From positions 32,001 through 96,000 of the IMG/VR virus record IMGVR_UViG_3300048606_000120: a DNA stretch of 64,000 nucleotides; one strand, 5' to 3'. A program made the translations under genes and the position numbers. Each line of letters begins with the position of its first letter. Position 1 is the stretch's first letter. The notes under the pieces are model-generated. The model was not told the origin of the DNA. It made no database searches and saw nothing but the letters and a program-made list of their open reading frames with translations. The stretch is from a virus (taxonomy: Duplodnaviria; Caudoviricetes). Of this stretch, positions 1 through 8,989 are shown one piece after another.

Positions 1-1023
1 AGTAACGGGCTCAAGGTAGTCAGCACGTTTAGCGGCTGCGGCGGCTCCTGCCTTGGCTTCGAAATGGCCGGCTACCGAATCCTTTGGGCGAATGAGTTCG
101 TGCCAGAGGCGCGCGCGACGTATGTGCAAAACCATCCCGGCGTCATCCTCGACGATCGCGACATCAGGCTCGTGAAAGCAGCCGACATCCTGCAAGCTAC
201 TGGCCTGAAGTCAGGTGAGCTGGACGTCTTTGAGGGGTCGCCGCCGTGCTCATCGTTTTCGACCGCTGGCAAGCGCGCGAAAGGGTGGGGCGAAACCAAA
301 AAATACAGCGATGTAAAGCAGCGCTCGGACGACCTGTTTTTCGAGTACGCGCGCCTGCTAGACGGCTTGCAGCCGAAGGTGTTTATCGCCGAGAACGTGA
401 GCGGGCTCGTGAAAGGCGCTGCGTGGGGCTACTTCGAGCAGATCATTCGCGCGCTCAAGCGCTGCGGCTACCGGGTCAAGGCAAAGGTGCTCGACGCGCA
501 GTGGCTTGGCGTGCCGCAAAAGCGAGCGCGGCTGATCTTCATGGGCGTGCGCGAAGACCTCGAGCTCGATCCAGTGCATCCGAAACCGCTGGCTCGCCGC
601 TACTCGATCCGCGACGCGCTGCCGGCGTTCAAAGGCGTTCTGCAGGTCGGTAACCCGGATCACAAACAGAAGCCTGGCAATAGCTTTCCTCGAGGCGCGA
701 TCGTGCACGCTCACGAAAGCGCGCTGACTGTGTGCGCGGGAGTCGGGACTATGTCTGGTGCGCCTGTTCGGATCTTTGAGAACGGCATCCCGAAGCGTGG
801 CGCGCTAGCCGAACCACGCAAGTTCACCATTCCCGAAATCAAACGGCTATGCGGGTTCCCAGATGATTTCATCCTGACGGGAAGCTTCGCGCAGCAGTGG
901 GAGCGTTGCGGGCGCTCCGTGCCGCCAGTCATGATGTTTCACGTGGCGCGGACGCTGCGGGATGAAGTATTTGGCAAGGTATGCAAGCTGCCGGCTCAAG
1001 CTCGCGAAGCGCGGCCAACCTGA
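1..1023 (+). CDS. C5-cytosine DNA methyltransferase-fold enzyme, predicted carboxymethyltransferase; 5'-truncated by the window edge
   Basis: Frame 1 is open from base 1 (SNGLKVVSTFSGCGG = motif I). Also GSPPC (motif IV), ENVSG (VI), QKRARL (VIII), RLCGFPDDF (IX) and motif X ERCGRSVPP with Arg (913-915) in place of the usual Asn. Confidence 0.93.
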   Translation, partial: SNGLKVVSTFSGCGGSCLGFEMAGYRILWANEFVPEARATYVQNHPGVILDDRDIRLVKAADILQATGLKSGELDVFEGSPPCSSFSTAGKRAKGWGETKKYSDVKQRSDDLFFEYARLLDGLQPKVFIAENVSGLVKGAAWGYFEQIIRALKRCGYRVKAKVLDAQWLGVPQKRARLIFMGVREDLELDPVHPKPLARRYSIRDALPAFKGVLQVGNPDHKQKPGNSFPRGAIVHAHESALTVCAGVGTMSGAPVRIFENGIPKRGALAEPRKFTIPEIKRLCGFPDDFILTGSFAQQWERCGRSVPPVMMFHVARTLRDEVFGKVCKLPAQAREARPT

Positions 1024-1487
1024 TCTGGAGCGACGACGGGTTCAAGATCGTGCTTGTGGGTCAAGCGCCGTCGCGCGACACGGACGGCAGAGCGCCGTTC
1101 AGCGGCAAGTCTGGGCAGCGACTTGAACGGCTAGCCGGTCTTGGCTCGGGCGAGCTGCAGGCGCGCTTCGCGCTGGCCAACGTGCTGCAGCGCTGGCCAG
1201 GCAGCGCCGGCAAGGGCGACTTGTTCCCGATGGCAGACGCGAGGAGGGCTGCGCCGCGCCTTCTGCGGGCGCTGGCTGGCAGGAGGGTGGTGGCTGTCGG
1301 GTGTGCCGTGGCCAAGGCGCTTGGCGTCGCGAGCGCTCTTCCGGACCTGACTTGGCGGAAGTTCGCGCTGCTTGACGCGATCGCGGTTGTGCCTCACCCA
1401 TCAGGAGTCAATCGGTGGTGGAACGAGCCCGGCAACCGCGACGCGGCAGCGGCGTTCTTGAGGTCGTTGTGGCCGGCAGCGCACTAA
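981..1487 (+). CDS. Uracil-DNA glycosylase superfamily protein (family-4-like, no Fe-S cysteines); true start may be slightly downstream
   Basis: VLVGQAPS...PFSGKSGQRL (motif A region) and PHPSGVNRWWN (motif B). Confidence 0.8.
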   Translation: MQAAGSSSRSAANLIWSDDGFKIVLVGQAPSRDTDGRAPFSGKSGQRLERLAGLGSGELQARFALANVLQRWPGSAGKGDLFPMADARRAAPRLLRALAGRRVVAVGCAVAKALGVASALPDLTWRKFALLDAIAVVPHPSGVNRWWNEPGNRDAAAAFLRSLWPAAH

Positions 1488-1526
1488 CGGAATTCGGTAG
1501 AAGGGCAATCCCATGACGGAGCCGAC

Positions 1527-2909
1527 GTGTGCGGAATAGTTGGCGGGCTCGGCGAGCCGAGCGAAGCGGCGCTCGCGGCCATCGAGCACCGCGGCCCTGA
1601 TCATCAGGCCATCATTCGGCGAGGCTCGATCTGGCTTGGTCACGCTCGCCTCTCAATCATCGACGTGGGCAGCTTGAGCGACCAGCCGTTCGTGCGCGGA
1701 GATCTCACGTTGGTCTACAACGGCGAGCTGTGGAATTATGTCGAGCTTCGCGAGGAGCTCCGGGCGCTCGGCCACCGCTTCGCGACGGCTGGCGACACTG
1801 AGGTCTTCGCAGCTGCTTTGCAGCAGTGGAGCGTGGACGCGCTGCATCGCATGCAAGGCATGTTCGCCGCAGCATGGACGAACGGCGACGGCGTTCTGCA
1901 CCTCGCTCGCGATCGACACGGCGAGGTGCCGCTGCACGGCTTCCTCGGCAAGCCGTTTACGTTCGCGAGCGAGCTTAAGGCGTTCAAGGCGATGGGTCTC
2001 GACTCGCGCGGCTACGAGTGGGTCGGTCCAGGCGAGTGGTGGCAGGTGAGCGCCGCCGGCATTCGCCGATCGATCTGGTACATCACGCCGAAAAAGGTTC
2101 TTGACTGCAGCCGACAGAAAGCCGAAGAACTCGTGTTCGCGGGCGTCGAGCAGGGCGCCGTCGAGCGAACCATCTCGGACGTGCCTGTGTGCACCCTGCT
2201 GTCAGGCGGAGTTGACTCAGCAGCAGTCGCGGCTCACCTCGCAACTCGGCTGCCGAACTTGGTCGCGTATGTTGCCGTGATGAATCCGAGCTCGCCTGAC
2301 GTGCGCGCAGCGCGCGAAGTCGCTGAGTTCATCGGGATTGAGCTGCGCGAGGTGATCGTGCCAGCTCCGACGTCCGACGACCTAGCGGCGGTGGTCCGGC
2401 AGATCGAGCAGCCGCACAAAGCTCAGGTTGAGATCGGCTGGGCGTGCTCGCGGCTCGCGCTGGCGATGCGCGCTGACGGCTTCAAGGTCACGTTCTCGGG
2501 CGAGGGTTCGGATGAGCTGTGGGCTTCGTACGGGTTCGCCTATCACGGGATTCAAAGCAAGGGTTGGGGGCCGTTCCGGCGCGAGCTCTTCTACGATCAG
2601 CACCGCAAGAACTTCGCGCGCTGCAACAAGGTCTTCATGGCCGCCGGCATCGAGTGCCGCTTACCGTTTCTTTCGACGTACCTCGTAGAAGTCGCTCTTG
2701 CGCTGCCGCAGGAGATCGTTCAGCGAGGCAAGTCGCGTCCGAAGGCAGTGCTCCAGGATAGCCACGCTCGCCTGCTTCCGAAGCGCATCGTGGCGCGGCA
2801 GAAGCTCGCCTTCCAGGACGGTTTGGGGCTCAAGGACGAGTGCAAGAAGGCAGCAGCAGACCCGCGCGCCTTCTATCAGGGCGTGTGGTCTGAGCTGTTC
2901 GGAAGTTGA
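1527..2909 (+). CDS. asnB: Asparagine synthetase B-like glutamine amidotransferase
   Basis: N-terminal nucleophile MCGI, then RGPD, HARLSIID, NGELWN, DTEV; ATP-pyrophosphatase loop LLSGGVDS; SGEGSDE; ECRLPFL. GGAG ribosome-binding site before the GTG start. Confidence 0.93.
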   Translation: MCGIVGGLGEPSEAALAAIEHRGPDHQAIIRRGSIWLGHARLSIIDVGSLSDQPFVRGDLTLVYNGELWNYVELREELRALGHRFATAGDTEVFAAALQQWSVDALHRMQGMFAAAWTNGDGVLHLARDRHGEVPLHGFLGKPFTFASELKAFKAMGLDSRGYEWVGPGEWWQVSAAGIRRSIWYITPKKVLDCSRQKAEELVFAGVEQGAVERTISDVPVCTLLSGGVDSAAVAAHLATRLPNLVAYVAVMNPSSPDVRAAREVAEFIGIELREVIVPAPTSDDLAAVVRQIEQPHKAQVEIGWACSRLALAMRADGFKVTFSGEGSDELWASYGFAYHGIQSKGWGPFRRELFYDQHRKNFARCNKVFMAAGIECRLPFLSTYLVEVALALPQEIVQRGKSRPKAVLQDSHARLLPKRIVARQKLAFQDGLGLKDECKKAAADPRAFYQGVWSELFGS

Positions 2910-2942
2910 TCTCTGCCCCCTGAACCACGTCTTCTTTGATCC

Positions 2943-3665
2943 ATGGACGGTCAAAAAGACGAGGTGGTCCCAAGTGCGCGCTGGGAGTTCGACTCGAACG
3001 TGGCCGCCGCGTTCGACGACATGCTGGCGCGATCGATCCCGCAGATCGATGTCATGCGCGACTCGGTGCACCAGGTGGCACGCCAACACGTTGTTCCGAT
3101 GGCGCCGATCGTGGATCTCGGCTGCTCGCGCGGCGGGGCGCTGGCGCGCTTCGTCGATGAGTTCGGAGTGAGCAATCGGTATTACGGAGTCGACGTGTCC
3201 GAGCCGATGCTCGCCGCGGCGCGCGAGCGCTTCGCGAAGATGGACGGTGTCGTTCAGATCGAGAACCGGGACCTGCGCACGAGCTACCCTGACGTTGGCG
3301 TCGCGTGCGTGACGACCGCGGTGCTCACGCTCCAGTTTGTGCCGATCAACTACCGCCAGCAGATCATGCGGCAGGTCTACGGCCACACGCTGCCTGGCGG
3401 TGCGTTCGTCGTCGTCGAGAAGATCCTCGGCAACGGAGCTCGCGTCGACGACATGCTGGTATCGCTCTACCACCGCTTCAAGGAGCAGAGCGGCGGCTAC
3501 TCGCGCGAAGCGATCGCCCGCAAAGCGGCTTCGCTCGAAGGCGTGCTTGTGCCCGTGACAGCCGAGATGAATGAGCAGATGCTGCGCTCAGCCGGATTTC
3601 GCGAAGTTGACTGTTTTTGGAGATGGATGAACTTCGCCGCGTGGGTTGCGATCAAGGGAGGCTGA
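2943..3665 (+). CDS. cmoA: CmoA-like carboxy-S-adenosylmethionine synthase
   Basis: WEFDSNVAAAFDDMLARSIP, DLGCSRG, LTLQFV, PGGAFVVVEK, FK..GYS..I..K..SLEGV and AGF....FWRWMNF match the CmoA pattern along the whole length. Confidence 0.88.
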   Translation: MDGQKDEVVPSARWEFDSNVAAAFDDMLARSIPQIDVMRDSVHQVARQHVVPMAPIVDLGCSRGGALARFVDEFGVSNRYYGVDVSEPMLAAARERFAKMDGVVQIENRDLRTSYPDVGVACVTTAVLTLQFVPINYRQQIMRQVYGHTLPGGAFVVVEKILGNGARVDDMLVSLYHRFKEQSGGYSREAIARKAASLEGVLVPVTAEMNEQMLRSAGFREVDCFWRWMNFAAWVAIKGG

Positions 3666-3666
3666 G

Positions 3667-3960
3667 ATGCGACTCGAGAGCGTGGTGCTGACAGTGCCAG
3701 CCGCGCCTGGAAACGGCGCTTCTGCCAAAGTTCGCGACCTGACCACGAAATACGTGCAGGTCGGCGGAACGTTCACGGGTTCACTCAACATCGAGGTGAG
3801 CCTCAACGGAACCGACTACGTGCCGACGGTCGCGGGAATCACCGCGCCGGGGCTCTTCGAAGTGCCAGAGCCAGCGACGTATGTCCGCATGGCCGTGGGC
3901 TCGCTGTCATCGGGCACGCCCACGGCAACTCTCAACGGCTACGACATTCGAACTGACTGA
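3667..3960 (+). CDS. Hypothetical beta-rich virion-type protein
   Basis: ATG at 3667 follows GGAGG; Gly/Thr/Val-rich; lies immediately before the portal. Confidence 0.65.
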   Translation: MRLESVVLTVPAAPGNGASAKVRDLTTKYVQVGGTFTGSLNIEVSLNGTDYVPTVAGITAPGLFEVPEPATYVRMAVGSLSSGTPTATLNGYDIRTD

Positions 3961-3962
3961 CC

Positions 3963-6911
3963 ATGGCTCCTGACGACGGCGAAATAACGGCTGAGGAGCG
4001 GATCAACGAGGTTGCTGGTCCTCGCGACGTCCTCATGAAGGCCTACTCGATTGGGCTGGAGAAGGCCGAGAAGCAGTCCTCGAGCTCGGCTGACAGCAGC
4101 GGCGTCGTGCAGATGGGGATTATCGCCGATGTCATCGAGCCTCCCTACGATCCACAGGTGTTGTGCAAGCTGTACGAGCACAGCAGCTCGCTGCGGCAAA
4201 ACGTCGATGCCTACGCAACCAACATCGACGGGTTCGGGCACGTGTTCGAGCCGTTAGTTGAGCTGAAGGAGGCGGGCGCTCGCGAGCTCGTGGCGGACGC
4301 GATTTACCTCGAGCGATCGCAGGCGATCAATGAAGGCGTTTTGGGGTCAATCCTGACCACGAATCCTCCGAGCGAAGCGGAGGTCTCGAAGAAGATCGAA
4401 GATCTTCGCTACCAGATGCGGGTCGAGAAGGCTCGGATCGACAGCTTCTTCGAGAACTGCGTTGCTGAGGAGAGCTTCACCCGATTGCGTCGCAAAACGC
4501 GAGAAGACATCGAGGTCACTGGCAACGGTTATTGGGAGGTCATCCGCAACGACTCGGGACAGATCTCGCAGTTCGCCCACATGCCAAGTCGATCCGTGCG
4601 GGTGATGAAGGAAAAGAGCCCGTCCATCAGCGTCACTCAGCCGATCCGCGTCAGCTTGCTGTTGTTCCGACACGAGACATTCAAACGACGTTTTCGCCGC
4701 TACGTTCAGATCGGCGACGAGCACGCGTGGTTCAAGGAGTTCGGCGATCCGACGGTCGTGTCGAACAAGACCGGCAAATCGTTCGAAAACGTCGAAGCTT
4801 TGCGAGCAGTCGAGGGAAGTGCTCAGCCGGCAAACGAGGTTTTCCACTTCAAGATTCCCAGCCTGAAAAACGGGTCGTACGGCGTACCGCGGTGGATCGG
4901 TAACCTGCTTTCGGTGCTCGGCTCGCGCAGTGCTGAAGAGGTGAACCTCGCCTATTTCGACAACAAGTCGATCCCGCCGATGGCGATCCTCGTGTCGGGT
5001 GGTCGCTTGGGCAGTGACTCGGTGAAGCGCATCGAGAGCTTTGTCGAGACTCAACTGAAGGGCCGCAAGAACTACCACAAGATCCTCGTCATCGAAGCTG
5101 AGACAACTGCAGGCTCGATCGGTTTGGCCGACAACAACGGCTCGATGCGAGTCGAGATCAAGATGCTGACCGACGCGCAACTCAAGGACGGCTTGTTCCT
5201 CGCTTACGACGCGGCGAACATGGACAAAGTCGGCATGGGGTTCCGGTTACCGCGCTTGCTTCGTGGTGACATTCGAGATTTTAACCGCGCTTGCTACAGC
5301 GCCGACACGGAAACGCTGACAGAGAACGGTTGGAAGTTGCATCACGAGATTGCGTCAGACGAGCGCATCGCCGTGTTCGATCCGAAAGCTTGCGAGCTCA
5401 GGTTCGAAGTGCCGTCTGCAAAGCATGTCTACGATGTCGACGAAAACCTGTACCGGTTCAACAGCCAGCACATCGATGCGAACGTGACTGCAAATCATAC
5501 GATGTTGGTTCGCTGCCCGGGGCGAGGATGGACATTTGAAGCCGCGGCAGATACCGCTACACGGTCGCGGTTCGAAGTGATGTGTGCGCCCGAGGTCGAC
5601 TCGCACGGTGAGACGATTGGCAAGTTCGTTTTACCCAAGCAGTGCCAGATCGAACGGGGCCATTCTCACGGCCCGATCGCAGGCGACGATTGGCTCGAGT
5701 TTTTGGGGTATTTTCTTTCAGACGGCGGCCTGCTCGAAACAGACAACCCGGCAGCGGAATACCTAGTCTTCATTCGGCAGCAGAAAGAGCCGTGCCGGTC
5801 GAAGATGCAGGCTTGTTTGGACCGCATCGGGTGGGCGTATTCGATTCAGATCAAGGCAGACGGCGCCAATGTCTTCTGCATCTCGAATCGTTGCCTGCGA
5901 GGGTGGTTGCTCGAACATTGCGGGGGTCGTTCTGCGGGTCGTCACATGCCGGCTGGGTATGCGACTGGCTTGCCGCGTGCTCAGCTCAAGATTCTGTGGC
6001 AAGCGATGCTTTTGGGCGACGGCTCGTGTGGAAAACAGTCGACAAACGGCAGCTACTATTCTGCTTCACGAGCGCTGATTGACGACGTGCAGATCGTCGC
6101 TCTCAGGCTCGGGTTGCGCTCTCTCATTCGCTGGGCACCGAACGCGCACGTGTTCCAGCTCGGCTGGTCCACATGGAAGACAACTCAATTGAAGGATTTT
6201 CACGTCGAGGCTGAGCGCTACAAGGGCGAGGTCTTTTGCTTCACATGTCCGGGAGCAGGGTTCTTCGTTACACGCCGCAACGGGAAAATCGCGATCCAGG
6301 GTAACAGTGCAGAAGCGGCGTTGGACTTTGCCGAGTCTCAAGTGTTCGTGCCGGAGCGCAACGACTTCGATTTCACGATGAACCGCTTCATCCTGGCGAG
6401 CTTCGGCATTCGCTATTGGCGCTTCAAGAGCAATGGTCCGCGCCTGAGTGATGCGCAGAGCTGGGGCGAGATGATCGTGAAGCTCACGAACGCGGGAGTC
6501 TTGGTGCCTGCCGATGCTCGCGAGCTCACGAGCAAGAAGGTGCTCGCCCAAGAGCTACCCGTCATCAAAGCCGACTGGGTCAATCAGCCGCTTAGCCTGA
6601 CGATCGCTGGCATTCAAGCGGACAACGCTCTTGATGGTGAGATTCCGATGGCCGTCAGTGGCCCGAGCGGCTCGAGCGGTACCAACGATCAGGGCATCGG
6701 AGTGACGCCGACTCCGAGCTTGCTGAAGGCAGCGAAGGATAAGCTCATGCGCAAGGCGAAGAGCCTCGTGAAGCTGCGCAACGAGTTCTTGAAGCAGCAA
6801 GCCGTCGAAGCCGTGAAAGAGTACCAGGACGAGCGCGTCGACGAAGGCGAGATCGTGTTTCAGATGAGCGCTGCTGAGATGGAGGAGCACTTCGGGATCA
6901 AGCCTCAGTGA
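3963..6911 (+). CDS. Portal protein (PBSX/XkdE-like) containing an intein
   Basis: IEPPYD, TGNGYWEVIRN, YGVPRWIG, N.AYFDN..IP; the exteins rejoin as DFNRA|SAEAA. Confidence 0.92.
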   Translation: MAPDDGEITAEERINEVAGPRDVLMKAYSIGLEKAEKQSSSSADSSGVVQMGIIADVIEPPYDPQVLCKLYEHSSSLRQNVDAYATNIDGFGHVFEPLVELKEAGARELVADAIYLERSQAINEGVLGSILTTNPPSEAEVSKKIEDLRYQMRVEKARIDSFFENCVAEESFTRLRRKTREDIEVTGNGYWEVIRNDSGQISQFAHMPSRSVRVMKEKSPSISVTQPIRVSLLLFRHETFKRRFRRYVQIGDEHAWFKEFGDPTVVSNKTGKSFENVEALRAVEGSAQPANEVFHFKIPSLKNGSYGVPRWIGNLLSVLGSRSAEEVNLAYFDNKSIPPMAILVSGGRLGSDSVKRIESFVETQLKGRKNYHKILVIEAETTAGSIGLADNNGSMRVEIKMLTDAQLKDGLFLAYDAANMDKVGMGFRLPRLLRGDIRDFNRACYSADTETLTENGWKLHHEIASDERIAVFDPKACELRFEVPSAKHVYDVDENLYRFNSQHIDANVTANHTMLVRCPGRGWTFEAAADTATRSRFEVMCAPEVDSHGETIGKFVLPKQCQIERGHSHGPIAGDDWLEFLGYFLSDGGLLETDNPAAEYLVFIRQQKEPCRSKMQACLDRIGWAYSIQIKADGANVFCISNRCLRGWLLEHCGGRSAGRHMPAGYATGLPRAQLKILWQAMLLGDGSCGKQSTNGSYYSASRALIDDVQIVALRLGLRSLIRWAPNAHVFQLGWSTWKTTQLKDFHVEAERYKGEVFCFTCPGAGFFVTRRNGKIAIQGNSAEAALDFAESQVFVPERNDFDFTMNRFILASFGIRYWRFKSNGPRLSDAQSWGEMIVKLTNAGVLVPADARELTSKKVLAQELPVIKADWVNQPLSLTIAGIQADNALDGEIPMAVSGPSGSSGTNDQGIGVTPTPSLLKAAKDKLMRKAKSLVKLRNEFLKQQAVEAVKEYQDERVDEGEIVFQMSAAEMEEHFGIKPQ
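5292..6305 (+). mobile_element. Intein with LAGLIDADG-type homing endonuclease, in the portal
   Basis: Begins CYSADTETLTENGW, block B VTANH, endonuclease blocks FLGYFLSDG and AMLLGDG, ends IAIQGN followed by Ser at +1. Confidence 0.93.
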
Positions 6912-8989
6912 GGCGGCAGCAGCCCACGATTGCAGATGGCATCCGGGCAGCGGAAGATTTGGCGTCGGCGCTGCTCGGCTTCAGCGTTCACAAGGCGACT
7001 GACCCGATGTCACCGAGTGGGTTCTTGCTGATCGGCAAGGCTGTCTCCGAGAAGCTGAAGGGGGCCGTCAAAGGAGCTGAGGCAGACGCGGTCGCCGGCG
7101 TCATTCACAAGCTCGGGTTCGACTGGGCGAAGCTCTCTCCAGAAGCTGCGACGCGCGCGATGGATGCCGTCAATCAGGCGATCGGGGCCTCCTACGAGGC
7201 GAAGGTCATGCCCAAGATCGACGGCGTGTTGGAGATCGAAGGTCCCAAGGTTATGAAGGGGACCAAGAAGTCGATTGCAGTGCGCGAGAAGTTCGCGATC
7301 GCTACGAGCCTCGCTCAACGCGATCTGCAGGCAGAGAAGGCGATTCGCAAGCAGCAAGTGAACTTTATCCGTAACTCGAGCGGCGACCGCATCGCGACTG
7401 CATCGGTCAAAGCTCGGTCGATTGTCGCTCGTGGTGTGCGCGACGGAGTCGGAACTGATTTGATCGCTAAAAACCTGCATTCGCACTTCCTCGAGAACGT
7501 TCCGAGGCCGGAGTCCTATTGGCGAGTGGTGGCCGATGCATTTGTCGGCCGAGCTCGCACGACTTCGCAGGTCTATTCGTACGAGGATTCTGGAGTCGAG
7601 ACGATCGAGATCGTCGCAGTGCTCGATGAGGTGACCACCGACCAATGCCGCTTCATGGACGGCAAAGTCTTCACGATCCAGTCGGCGCGCGCTCTGCTCG
7701 ATACGCTGGGTTCGCTCGAGGAGCCGGAGGATGTGAAGTTCGCAGCGCCGTGGATTCGCAAAGGTCGTGATGAGCAAGGCGGTGGGATGCGCTTGTTCGT
7801 ACCGCATTCCGACGGCTCGACTACGACGATCGCGAAGATCGATCGCAGCGGCATTGGCAGTGCCGATGACAGGGGCCAGTTTTCAGGCGGAAAGAACTCA
7901 GCAGATCTCGCAAAGCTTGGCTCCTCGATGCCGCCCTACCATGGCCGTTGCCGAACAACGACAGTAGCTGCATCGGAGTCAGGCCAATCAGCGCCGGTGA
8001 TGGTGCCGGGCGCCGATCTTCAGGTTCCTGTCGCAGCTCCTGTCGAAGAGGCTCCCTCTCTTCCGCCAGAGGCGGAGATCCCAGATTGGATGACTGCTGA
8101 TGAGCTCAATGTGGTGTCGCAACGGCGAATCGACGGCGGCATGACCGGTGCTCGACAGCTGACGATCAAAGATGCGGACGGCGTCGAACAGCGTGCGGTG
8201 TGGAAAGCAGTCTCGGGCGAAGACGTCGGCGAGGTGCTTCGCAGGGGGGTTCAAGCCGGCACCTACTACCAGCGGGAGGGCGCCGCCTATCAGCTCGATT
8301 CGATGCTCGGCGGAGAGACGGTCGTTCCTCCGACGGTGAGCCGGAAGCATAAGGCATGGAGCAACGCTCACTTTCAAGAGGAAGGTAGTTTGCAGGCGTT
8401 TGTACAAGGGGCGAAGCCGACATCCAATGTTGATTGGAAGAAAGATGCCGGTGGTAAGAGTGCAAACGTGCTTGGCGCCGAGCTTGAACAGAAGCTGGCC
8501 AATGACCCGACCGTGCGTCGGCAGTTTTTGCTCGACGTGATCATGGCGAACGATGACCGCCATTCGGAGAACACTCTGTGGCGCACGGTCGGCGACTCGA
8601 TAAAGCCGGTCGCGATCGACAACGGGTTGAGCTTTCCCGAAAAACCGTGCCGATTTCTTTTCGCAGTGGAGAACTCAACAGAGTTGAAGAAGACGTTACT
8701 GACGTTCGACGAGGGCAGCATTGCGCATCTTGCGAAGCTCGATGTTGAGCGGGTTGCGACGCTGCTGAAGGGGTATGACGGCATCACCGAGACCCAGATC
8801 ACTGCAACTCTCGGCCGCATCCGAGCGTTGCAGAACAACTCGGGCACTCTGGCAGCCGGCGCTCAGTCATGGGAACAGCCGCAAGACACTGTATACTTTT
8901 GGCTTACACGTACTCCAGCAGAACGTGCTAAGCTAGGGGAGTTGACCGATGCCGACTTGGCAGAGATCACGAAACTCGCGAAGCGATGA
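6908..8989 (+). CDS. MuF / SPP1 gp7-like head morphogenesis protein with a C-terminal PI3/4-kinase/HipA-like domain
   Basis: AVLDEVTTDQCRFMDGK and PPYHGRCRTT (MuF); Pro/Glu linker; then AVWK, REGAAYQLD, VVPPT, GSLQAFV, NDDRHSEN, AIDNGLSF. Confidence 0.88.
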   Translation: MRRQQPTIADGIRAAEDLASALLGFSVHKATDPMSPSGFLLIGKAVSEKLKGAVKGAEADAVAGVIHKLGFDWAKLSPEAATRAMDAVNQAIGASYEAKVMPKIDGVLEIEGPKVMKGTKKSIAVREKFAIATSLAQRDLQAEKAIRKQQVNFIRNSSGDRIATASVKARSIVARGVRDGVGTDLIAKNLHSHFLENVPRPESYWRVVADAFVGRARTTSQVYSYEDSGVETIEIVAVLDEVTTDQCRFMDGKVFTIQSARALLDTLGSLEEPEDVKFAAPWIRKGRDEQGGGMRLFVPHSDGSTTTIAKIDRSGIGSADDRGQFSGGKNSADLAKLGSSMPPYHGRCRTTTVAASESGQSAPVMVPGADLQVPVAAPVEEAPSLPPEAEIPDWMTADELNVVSQRRIDGGMTGARQLTIKDADGVEQRAVWKAVSGEDVGEVLRRGVQAGTYYQREGAAYQLDSMLGGETVVPPTVSRKHKAWSNAHFQEEGSLQAFVQGAKPTSNVDWKKDAGGKSANVLGAELEQKLANDPTVRRQFLLDVIMANDDRHSENTLWRTVGDSIKPVAIDNGLSFPEKPCRFLFAVENSTELKKTLLTFDEGSIAHLAKLDVERVATLLKGYDGITETQITATLGRIRALQNNSGTLAAGAQSWEQPQDTVYFWLTRTPAERAKLGELTDADLAEITKLAKR

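Noticed and set aside
1-1023. Restriction-modification system
   Set aside because: No endonuclease is adjacent within the window; the neighbours point to hypermodification. Sequence upstream of the window is unseen.
1527-2909. asnB as an auxiliary metabolic gene or lasso-peptide cyclase
   Set aside because: It sits between DNA-acting genes and cmoA, retains the glutaminase Cys2, and has no lasso precursor or peptidase nearby. Plain asparagine synthesis is not excluded but is less parsimonious.
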